The translations under genes and the position numbers were made by a program. From Bacteroidota bacterium (GTDB taxonomy: Bacteria > Bacteroidota > Bacteroidia > B-17B0 > Aurantibacillaceae), in NCBI GenBank assembly GCA_021156365.1, contig JAJNDK010000004.1, forward strand, positions 255,137-319,136: a stretch of 64,000 bases of DNA. The letters are read 5' to 3'. Shown here one piece after another: positions 31,399-37,574 of the stretch. Every line of letters starts with the position of its first letter. The stretch's first letter is position 1. The notes under the pieces were generated by a model. The model worked only from the letters and a program-made list of their open reading frames with translations, ran no database searches and was not told where the DNA came from.

Positions 31399-31453
31399 TT
31401 GTTTTTTTAATTGTAAAAAGCCCTGCTTCTATGGAAGCAGGGTCGGGTTTTAG

Positions 31454-32548
31454 TTATGGGCCGAACAGCGTTCGCAGCTGCGATGAAACGGGGCTCTCAC
31501 CGGAGATCGTAATACCATTGATCTTCGCTGTGATCTTTTCCACAAACTCCATCTCTTTGAGCTTGAACAGCATTGCATTGTCCTCCATCAGCTTCGCAGT
31601 GTTCAGAAGGCTACGTGTAGCTGCTGTTTCCTCACGACGCATGATGGTGTTGGCCTGTGCTTTTTTCTCCGCAATCAGTACCTGGTTCAGGATCTCTTTC
31701 ATATCACCTGGCAGGATGATGTCGCGGATACCACCACCGCGCAGTGCTACACCCAGTTCTTTGATACGTTCGGCAGCAGCTTCCAGGATGAAAGCGGAAA
31801 TGCTTTCTTTTTTATCCAGCAGTTCATCCAGGCTCAGCGCACCCACATACTCGCGCAGGACCAGCTGCATGATCACATAGAGTTGTTTTTCGTACTCTTT
31901 GTTATTCACCACTGCTTTCACAATGTCTTCAATGTGATACTGCACATAGAAATTGATACGCAGGCCCGCTTTGTCTTTGCTCAGGATCTCCTGGCCCGCG
32001 ATCTCCAGCTGCATCGTACGCATATCGGCACGCGTGATCACAATAGATGTGTTATTTTTCCAGAAGTAATACGAACCCGGTTCCATGATCTTCACGTATT
32101 TACCATCCATGTACATCACGGCTTTTTCACACGGCTCTACTGTATAAAAACGGATGTACTGGATCAGCTCTTTACGCATGTACAGGGATGGATCGATATC
32201 CGCACCGATCTCCGTTTTATTCAGATCCACGATTTTGAATTCCTGTATGATCAGACCTTTCCAGTATATATAAGTGCCGGGACCCAGCACTTCCATGAAC
32301 AGACCTTTTTCGTAACGCAGGGCAATCTCGTTATTTTTCACTTCAACGATATCGATAGCAGCTATGAAAGCCGGATCACGCATCAGGATATTGATGTTGC
32401 GGGGCGCAATGAATGGTTTCGCCATATCATATTCCACCAGCTCATCGAAGTAGGAAATACGATGTGCGCCTTCGGTCAGCACTGTTTTGTATTCGCCATC
32501 GGAAAATACCATGCCGATCTTACCGGCCTTTATTTTTATCTTTTTCAT
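31454..32548 (-). CDS. SPFH/band-7 (stomatin/flotillin-like) domain protein
   Basis: C-terminal SPFH core (LSLDELLDKKESIS...IKELGVALRGGGIRDIILPGDMKEILNQVLIAEKKAQA); start taken at MKKIKIKAGK. Confidence 0.65.
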   Translation of the reverse strand: MKKIKIKAGKIGMVFSDGEYKTVLTEGAHRISYFDELVEYDMAKPFIAPRNINILMRDPAFIAAIDIVEVKNNEIALRYEKGLFMEVLGPGTYIYWKGLIIQEFKIVDLNKTEIGADIDPSLYMRKELIQYIRFYTVEPCEKAVMYMDGKYVKIMEPGSYYFWKNNTSIVITRADMRTMQLEIAGQEILSKDKAGLRINFYVQYHIEDIVKAVVNNKEYEKQLYVIMQLVLREYVGALSLDELLDKKESISAFILEAAAERIKELGVALRGGGIRDIILPGDMKEILNQVLIAEKKAQANTIMRREETAATRSLLNTAKLMEDNAMLFKLKEMEFVEKITAKINGITISGESPVSSQLRTLFGP

Positions 32549-32872
32549 ATGTTTGTTTTTTCTTGTTTTTAAATTTAAAAGAAGGAATTGTTTCATTCAC
32601 CCGTGAATAGCGGAATCCTGTTTCAGTAAGCCGCTTTCGAATGGTTTTTATACAATTACAAGAAAGTCCATTGTATAAAAAGCAAAAGCTGTTGGCATAA
32701 CGGTATCCACATTCATCTGGCTTTCCACCGGTTGTTCCGTACCGCTTCCGGCGCGGAGCTGAATCAAACCATTCCTTTCTTTTTGAGCGCCATTTTTATA
32801 GAAGTCGGCATCTTCTCTTTTGAGGATCTGGAATCCTTTGCGTTTACCAGTTTCGCCACCCTGATTGCAACA

Positions 32873-32996
32873 TCAGGGGCAGGATTCGAACCTGCATGTT
32901 TGGTGTCACACTCTAACCACTGAGTTACCTGCATTGCTGCAGAACCGGATTCGAACCGGTGACCTTGACGTCATTCGTTCGTTAATCAACCGCAGC
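32873..32996 (-). pseudogene. two tandem degenerate tRNA-like fragments (D-arm plus T-arm, no anticodon arm)
   Basis: GTAACTCAGTGGTTAGAGT D-arm and GCAGGTTCGAATCCTGC / ACCGGTTCGAATCCGGT T-arms on the minus strand with incomplete acceptor stems. Confidence 0.3.
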
Positions 32997-33155
32997 ATAT
33001 AAATAACCAGTGGCCATTTACACTATGGGGCCTTTTGAAACCCTCATCACGGGCGTATTGCTAACGAAACGCTCTTTATCCTGCTTTCGCAGAAAATGAT
33101 TTTATATATTCAAAGAACTATTTTACTCTATCAACACTGCAAAGGTGAAACGCGA

Positions 33156-33176
33156 CTACGTAACCGAATTGCGCAG
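33156..33176. promoter_or_regulatory. palindromic operator copy (CTACGTAA-N5-TTGCGCAG)
   Basis: ctacgtaaccgaattgcgcag, preceded by caaaggtgaaa as at 27086. Confidence 0.5.
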
Positions 33177-33256
33177 GAACTATTTTTACTTCCTTTTTTT
33201 CTAAGCAACTGGAACAGAGCCGGAATACTTTTTTATCCCTTCCTGTTTTTGCTCAT

Positions 33257-33277
33257 CCGCGCAAATAGATTGCGTAG
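33257..33277. promoter_or_regulatory. palindromic operator copy (CCGCGCAA-N5-TTGCGTAG)
   Basis: ccgcgcaaatagattgcgtag. Confidence 0.5.
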
Positions 33278-33284
33278 ATCACTG

Positions 33285-33355
33285 TTCTCTTAACCGGAAT
33301 CGAACCAATATCTTATCCTTAGAAGGGATGTGTTTTTCCTTTAAACTATAAGAGA
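33285..33355 (-). tRNA. tRNA-Arg(UCU), AT-rich non-canonical
   Basis: hand fold: acceptor TCTCTTA/TAAGAGA, D-stem GTTT/AAAC, anticodon loop CTTCTAA, T-arm ATTGG-TTCGATT-CCGGT. Confidence 0.55.
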
Positions 33356-33358
33356 ATG

Positions 33359-33441
33359 TTCCTCCGAACCCCGATAGTTATCGGGGCGAACTTTTGTTTC
33401 GCGGTTAAAAGCCGCGAGCTCTGCCACTGAGCTACGAAGGA
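33359..33441 (-). ncRNA. tRNA-Lys(UUU)-like gene with T-arm replaced by palindromic hairpin CCCCGATAACTATCGGGG
   Basis: acceptor TCCTTCG/CGGAGGA, D-arm GCTC-AGTGGCA-GAGC, anticodon arm CGCGG-CTTTTAA-CCGCG; the T-arm position holds GTTCG[CCCCGATAACTATCGGGG]TTCGG. Confidence 0.45.
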
Positions 33442-33455
33442 ATTTATATTTTTAC

Positions 33456-33529
33456 TGGTAGCTCCTGATTGAATCGAACAATCACTTTATGGATGTAAGC
33501 CATACATTCTGCCTTTAAATTAAGGAGCT
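33456..33529 (-). tRNA. tRNA-Val(UAC), CCA encoded
   Basis: acceptor AGCTCCT/AGGAGCT, anticodon arm TATGG-CTTACAT-CCATA, T-arm GATTG-TTCGATT-CAATC, 3' ACCA encoded. Confidence 0.6.
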
Positions 33530-33535
33530 GTTTTG

Positions 33536-33607
33536 TTGCCTTAGAAAGAATCGAACCTTCACCCTCCGGTTTATGAGACCGGTGCTCCACCCTTGAGCTA
33601 TAAGGCA
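33536..33607 (-). tRNA. tRNA-Met/Ile2(CAU)
   Basis: acceptor TGCCTTA/TAAGGCA, D-arm GCTC-AAGGGTG-GAGC, anticodon arm CCGGT-CTCATAA-ACCGG, T-arm GAAGG-TTCGATT-CTTTC. Confidence 0.65.
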
Positions 33608-33613
33608 TTTTTG

Positions 33614-33685
33614 TTGTCTTAACAGGATTTGAACCTGTAGCCTCCGACGTATCAGGTCGTTGCTCCACCTGTTGAGCTATAAGAC
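33614..33685 (-). tRNA. tRNA-Ile(GAU)
   Basis: acceptor TGTCTTA/TAAGACA, D-arm GCTC..GAGC, anticodon loop CTGATAC, T-arm ACAGG-TTCAAAT-CCTGT. Confidence 0.6.
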
Positions 33686-33691
33686 AATGTG

Positions 33692-33762
33692 AGCAGAATA
33701 TCGGATTCGAACCGCGTCCCCTGGGTGGAAACCAGGTGCTTTACCACTAAGCTATATTCTGC
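33692..33762 (-). tRNA. tRNA-Gly(UCC)
   Basis: acceptor GCAGAAT/ATTCTGC (extendable to 9 bp), anticodon arm CCTGG-TTTCCAC-CCAGG, T-loop TTCGAAT with a weak 3-bp T-stem. Confidence 0.5.
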
Positions 33763-33906
33763 ATAGTATTCCCACGGTCCCGATAGCTATCGCGAGAACC
33801 CGTGTCTGGTCATTGAAAGTGACCGATCCTAACCATTAGAAGATGGGAACATAGTTCCTCTTCTTCATTCCTTTTGTTCTTCATTTTATTAATTATTAAT
33901 CGTTTG

Positions 33907-33975
33907 CACATTCACAGGGAATCGAACCTTGTCCTGCAGTTTTGGAGGCTGCGTGGCTACCATAGCCTTGAATGT
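33907..33975 (-). ncRNA. tRNA-like gene with 9-nt anticodon loop
   Basis: acceptor ACATTCA/TGAATGT, D-like hairpin GGCTA-TGG-TAGCC, stem GCAG-CCTCCAAAA-CTGC, T-arm ACAAGG-TTCGATT-CCCTGT. Confidence 0.35.
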
Positions 33976-33981
33976 AGTGGC

Positions 33982-34018
33982 GGTTCATAAGGGTCCCGAT
34001 AGCTGTCGGGACGGACCC
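33982..34018. repeat. extended palindromic element GGGTCCCGATAGCTGTCGGGACGGACCC
   Basis: member of the CCCGATAGCTATCGGG palindrome family (copies near 33369, 33779, 34265, 34974, 35372, 41201). Confidence 0.6.
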
Positions 34019-34232
34019 TTGTCTTCCGAGCGACAGTCGGAGATAATGGCCTTTATACCAATGAACCTGGTGCTTCGATAGATGCCGATGTGATGTACAA
34101 GGCTTTTGCAAACTTCGCCTTCATTGTCATCGGGCCGCGGACTTTAACCGCTCCTTGTACACTGCGCTTTGACAAGAGCACAGCTACATTTTTCGCATCT
34201 ATCCGGCGCGCCTTTGCATGGCTTACCGTTTG

Positions 34233-34318
34233 CGGACAAAGCAGGATTCGAACCTACTGCCTGATGCCCCGATAGCTATCGGGGCAGTCAACTGCTCATC
34301 CATATGAGCTTTTTGTCC
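34233..34318 (-). ncRNA. tRNA-like gene with anticodon arm replaced by a 22-bp perfect palindrome TGCCCCGATAGCTATCGGGGCA
   Basis: acceptor GGACAAA/TTTGTCC, D-arm GCTC-ATATGGAT-GAGC, T-arm GTAGG-TTCGAAT-CCTGC; the region between D- and T-arms is the palindromic hairpin with short flanks and no anticodon stem. Confidence 0.45.
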
Positions 34319-34328
34319 AATTTTTTTG

Positions 34329-34401
34329 AGCCAGTAGCAAGCCTCGAACTTGCGACCTTCTGCTTACAAGGCAGTTGCTCTTCCCGCTGAGCTATACCGG
34401 C
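34329..34401 (-). tRNA. tRNA-Thr(UGU), GC-rich canonical-looking
   Basis: acceptor GCCGGTA/TACTGGC, D-arm GCTC-AGCGGGAA-GAGC, anticodon arm ACTGC-CTTGTAA-GCAGA, T-arm GCAAG-TTCGAGG-CTTGC. Confidence 0.65.
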
Positions 34402-34462
34402 ATTTGAAGGTGAAAACGCAGTAAGCCAGGTTTTTCCTGATAGCTACACTCAATCACCTTTG

Positions 34463-34605
34463 TTGACCCGGATGGATTCGAACCATCGCAACCCGTGTTA
34501 ATCACTGACGAAAAATCTTAATCGATTTTTATCAGAATTAACCTTGATAAAACTTGTTTCGTCAAGGTTACAAGCACGGTACTCTACTTGCTGAGCTACA
34601 GATCA
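34463..34605 (-). ncRNA. tRNA-Thr(UGU)-like gene with ~70-nt structured insertion in the anticodon loop
   Basis: acceptor TGATCTG/CGGGTCA (2 GU pairs), D-arm GCTC-AGCAAGTA-GAGT, 5' anticodon stem CCGTG plus loop CTTGTAA, then insertion 34497-34566 with internal inverted repeats (CCTTGA..TCAAGG; AAAAATC..GATTTTT), then 3' stem CACGG, T-arm GATGG-TTCGAAT-CCATC. Confidence 0.4.
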
Positions 34606-34626
34606 ATAATTCAAGGAATACAATTT

Positions 34627-34772
34627 TTTAAAAGGGCAATGAACGAACATAGTTTTGGGTTTTCGTTAACAGCGAAGTAACTATGTTCTACGGCACCTTA
34701 TTTTAAAAGGCAATAAACGGGTATAGTTTTATTTTGCGTGACAGGCGAAGTAACTATACTCTACGGCACTTT
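34627..34772. repeat. two tandem ~73-nt paralogous hairpin units (candidate small structured RNAs)
   Basis: unit 1 has inverted repeat GAACATAGTT...AACTATGTTC; unit 2 has GTATAGTT...AACTATAC; the units share aaaggcaat..catagtttt..cgaagtaactat..ctacggcac. Confidence 0.45.
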
Positions 34773-34774
34773 TG

Positions 34775-34847
34775 TCGATCTACCTGGATTCGAACCAGGG
34801 ACTTCAGTCTTAAAAGGACTGAGCTCTGCCAACTGAGCTATAGACCG
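34775..34847 (-). tRNA. tRNA-Lys(UUU)
   Basis: acceptor CGGTCTA/TAGATCG, D-arm GCTC-AGTTGGC-AGAGC, anticodon arm CAGTC-CTTTTAA-GACTG, T-arm CCTGG-TTCGAAT-CCAGG. Confidence 0.65.
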
Positions 34848-34849
34848 AA

Positions 34850-35400
34850 ATTTGAATGGGTAAAAATCGAAAGAGAACGTTTTGGCGCTCTATCCGCTGA
34901 GCTATAAGGCAATGAAATGAATATTGGTTGCCTCAATGGGATTCGAACCCATGACCTCCCGATTAAGAGTCGATCCCGATAGCTATCGGGACTTTTCTAC
35001 GACACCATTCAATGGTTTTGATGAGGAAAAAAACGTTCAGTGCTTTTGTTAACTGAGCTACTCTTCATTGCTGAAAGATTGGACTTGAACCAATGGCCTT
35101 CCCGACATTTATCGTCGGGGCGCTCTACCGAAGTATCACTTTACTACGTCACTCATCAATGTTTTTAAACAGGTAAAAAGCTGTAAAAGTTTTTTGTCTT
35201 GTGCTCTAACCAACTGAGCTATCTGCCTTTCGACAAAACCGGACTCGAACCGGTGCCCCCAAGGTTAACGATGTATCTCTTACATACGACACTGTTTAAT
35301 TTTGAAGAAAGAGCGATGGTTGCGGGAGCGTGTCTTAGAGGATTCGAACCTCTGACCTTTCGGCCTCACCATCCCGATAGCTATCGGGAGAAGTATCTCT
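34850..35400 (-). pseudogene. run of degenerate or rearranged tRNA-like fragments with palindrome insertions
   Basis: 5' half TGCCTTATAGCTCAGCGGATAGAGC (34850-34913); 3' half ..ATGGGTTCGAATCCCATTGAGGCAACCA with palindrome (34925-35012); Leu(UAA)-like anticodon hairpin CCCGAC-GATAAAT-GTCGGG plus T-arm ATTGG-TTCAAGT-CCAAT (~35060-35110); 5' half GGCAGATAGCTCAGTTGGTTAGAGCAC (~35200); T-arm ACCGG-TTCGAGT-CCGGT (~35235); element 35320-35400 with palindrome, GAAA-tetraloop hairpin and T-arm AGAGG-TTCGAAT-CCTCT. None folds into a complete cloverleaf by hand. Confidence 0.3.
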
Positions 35401-35447
35401 CCGCGAACGGCATCTTTCAATAGGTTTGTCAGGAGCAATTGCGATCC

Positions 35448-35520
35448 GCAGTGATGGAGACCTGCCGGCGGGGATTTGCACCCCGTTCCGTTTCTGCACC
35501 GGAACCCTCTCTCCTATGGA
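35448..35520 (-). ncRNA. D-armless tRNA-like hairpin RNA with TGCAAAT T-loop (candidate Y-RNA-like)
   Basis: GGAGAGA..TCTCC closing stem, stem GTTCCG/CGGAAC, T-like arm GGGG-TGCAAAT-CCCC; located ~290 bp downstream of the rsr stop. Confidence 0.35.
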
Positions 35521-35589
35521 TGGTATGCTCACCGCGATCTACGGCAACCTGACAATGTGTTTAATTATATGCTGTCAAAAGCGAAATGC

Positions 35590-35660
35590 GATGAGGGCAG
35601 GGGATACGCAATGAGGATTTGCACCTCTTCCTGATTGTAATGTCAGGACCCTTCCCCTTC
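35590..35660 (-). ncRNA. D-armless tRNA-like RNA with TGCAAAT T-loop (candidate Y-RNA-like)
   Basis: closing stem GGGGAAG/..TATCCCC, anticodon-like arm TCCTGA-CATTACAA-TCAGGA, T-like arm GAGG-TGCAAAT-CCTC; paralog of 35448-35520; ~150 bp downstream of rsr. Confidence 0.35.
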
Positions 35661-35744
35661 AATGGCGCGAAGTAGCCCTTTTCTGCGGCATTCTGGCAGC
35701 AATGTTTTTTTGTCTTTGAATAATATGTCAATGAACGAATTTCT

Positions 35745-35797
35745 TTTAAAACCTCCCTGTCTCCTTCGACAAGCTCAGGATGACGGGGGAGGAGTTT
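35745..35797 (-). terminator. rho-independent terminator of rsr
   Basis: minus strand CCTCCCCCGTCATCCTGAGCTTGTCGAAGGAGACAGGGAGG followed by TTTT; loop sequence resembles the terminator at 63065-63110. Confidence 0.6.
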
Positions 35798-35803
35798 TTT
35801 ATT

Positions 35804-37321
35804 TTATAATTCAATTTGTTTGATTTTTTCTACTGCACCCACACCATTTTCGATAGCGTGCAATACATCAAACACTTTGTCCGACCAACCTGCGATCAGG
35901 TGTACATCGTTTTTCTGAACGTTCAGCGGCGTGTTTCCATGGCCCGCAAGATCGAACAGGTACAATTTTGCTTTTGGCGCGATCGCTTTGTAGGCATTCC
36001 AGGATTTCTCCAGGGAAGAACCCGCATGACGGCTATCCCACAGCTGGCAGTCGGTGAACAGCATCACTTTATCCATCACCACGTTTCGTGCGATCAGGTC
36101 ATCGATCACTTTGTAACCATTGGTCGAGTAACCCACTTCACCTTCACGTTTGTAGTATTGGTCCACATTGGCCAGTACTCCGCGGTTTGGCAGGTTGATC
36201 ACTTTCCAGGTATCACCGAACATACCTGATACCACACGCTTACATTTCGACTGCATCAGCATACCCAGCATCAGGCCGATGTCGTAAAACATCACTTTGC
36301 TTTTAGCCGATACGGCTTGCTGCATCGAACCGGATACGTCACATGCTACCAGCACGGCAGTGTTCTCGTCGAAACCTTTCAGGTTCTTAACGCTTGCCAC
36401 CACTGCATCTTCCAGCGCATTCAATACCATGGTCACGAACTCCGAGTTCATCACTTTGATCTCACGGTGCGCTGCGAGGAAACGGAATGGCAACTGTTTC
36501 GAGTTTGCCACCGCAGTCTCATTCGACAGGTAAGCGCATACTTTTTTCACATGCGAAGCAGATACTTTTGCTTCCAGTATGTTACGCAGGTTACGCATCA
36601 AAGCCATATAACCAACTTTACCGCTGTCGATCAGTTCTTCCCATTTAGCACGGAAAGCTGCAGCCTTTTCTTTATCGTTGGCATATTTTGTCTGACCCAA
36701 TGCCGACAGCTCAGTTTCCCAGGTGTATGGAACAGCCAGTTCGTTCGCAGCTATTTTATTGAACACCACTTGCTGGTTCTCGTCTTTCGCTTTTGGATGC
36801 ACTATGAACAGGGCGTCACGCAATTTCACTTCCGCATCCCGATTGTATTTTGCGAACTGGTATTCATCGAAACGGTTGAAAGATACTGCCAGCCCTTTCT
36901 GGATCTGCTTCGACAGCTTATTCAGCTTTTTAGTACCGTTACGTTTGTTGGCCAGCTGGTAATATGCCAGGAGCTCGGTGATCTCATCGGCACGTTTTAC
37001 CACGCCCGATACGGTTTTACCTACCACCGCATCACCGGAGTTCAGTTTGGCCAGTTCTACCGCCAGTACCATTGGGATCGAACGCATATACATTTCGTTA
37101 CGTGCATACACTGCCAGTTTCGCTACGTATTGTGCATCGTTTTTCAACATCAGCTCACGGATACGTGTCAAACGGGTATCTGCTTTCTCATAGAAGCTGT
37201 CGTTTAGGCCCGCAGTTACTACCGCTGAGTATAGCTCCAGCTCAGGAGTCAGTTGGAATGCTTTTGCACCTTCATAGTTTGTAACTACGTTTTCTGTTTT
37301 TTTGAAGATGTTGAATTTCAT
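35804..37321 (-). CDS. rsr: Ro60-like (TROVE domain plus vWA/MIDAS) ribonucleoprotein Rsr
   Basis: 505 aa; N-terminal TROVE-like helical repeats (NYEGAKAFQLTPELELYSAVVTAGL...MRSIPMVLAVELA); C-terminal vWA MIDAS (VLVACDVSGSMQ). Confidence 0.8.
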   Translation of the reverse strand: MKFNIFKKTENVVTNYEGAKAFQLTPELELYSAVVTAGLNDSFYEKADTRLTRIRELMLKNDAQYVAKLAVYARNEMYMRSIPMVLAVELAKLNSGDAVVGKTVSGVVKRADEITELLAYYQLANKRNGTKKLNKLSKQIQKGLAVSFNRFDEYQFAKYNRDAEVKLRDALFIVHPKAKDENQQVVFNKIAANELAVPYTWETELSALGQTKYANDKEKAAAFRAKWEELIDSGKVGYMALMRNLRNILEAKVSASHVKKVCAYLSNETAVANSKQLPFRFLAAHREIKVMNSEFVTMVLNALEDAVVASVKNLKGFDENTAVLVACDVSGSMQQAVSAKSKVMFYDIGLMLGMLMQSKCKRVVSGMFGDTWKVINLPNRGVLANVDQYYKREGEVGYSTNGYKVIDDLIARNVVMDKVMLFTDCQLWDSRHAGSSLEKSWNAYKAIAPKAKLYLFDLAGHGNTPLNVQKNDVHLIAGWSDKVFDVLHAIENGVGAVEKIKQIEL

Positions 37322-37391
37322 TTTGTTTAGTTTTTAAATTTCTTGTTTATCAATTGTTGTTCTTAATCAGCACTGCAAAGATTCTATACTC

Positions 37392-37412
37392 CTGCGCAAC
37401 AGAATTGCGCAG
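37392..37412. promoter_or_regulatory. perfect palindromic operator CTGCGCAA-cagaa-TTGCGCAG upstream of rsr
   Basis: 71-91 bp upstream of the rsr start; 8-bp arms are exact reverse complements. Confidence 0.65.
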
Positions 37413-37503
37413 TAAAAAAATAATTCGCGGAACGATCAAATAAATCTGTAATGTGTTGATTTTCATTTGAGATAATTTCAAAAGAAAATTCATCTCTTTC
37501 CTA

Positions 37504-37524
37504 TTGCGCAAATAGATTGCGCAG
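37504..37524. promoter_or_regulatory. palindromic operator TTGCGCAA-ataga-TTGCGCAG upstream of the WYL regulator gene
   Basis: 51-71 bp upstream of the WYL gene start; likely autoregulatory site. Confidence 0.65.
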
Positions 37525-37574
37525 ATAAATGAAATGTTTATCTTTGATACAACCTGTTTTTAAATAAAAACGTT

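Noticed and set aside
34627-34772. Tandem 73-nt repeats as a possible CRISPR array
   Set aside because: There are only two units, they are too long and non-identical, and they lack spacer-repeat architecture and cas genes.
33444-35614. ORF-track entries across the tRNA region (33444-33668, 33896-34111, 34090-34275, 35199-35423, 35335-35532, 35426-35614)
   Set aside because: They overlap tRNA/tRNA-like genes and palindromes. The repeated PDSYR peptide is just the translated palindrome. There is no coding periodicity.
32873-35700. GGATTCGAACC motifs as IS or transposon terminal repeats
   Set aside because: They are reverse complements of tRNA T-arms (GGTTCGAATCC) and always sit in cloverleaf context.
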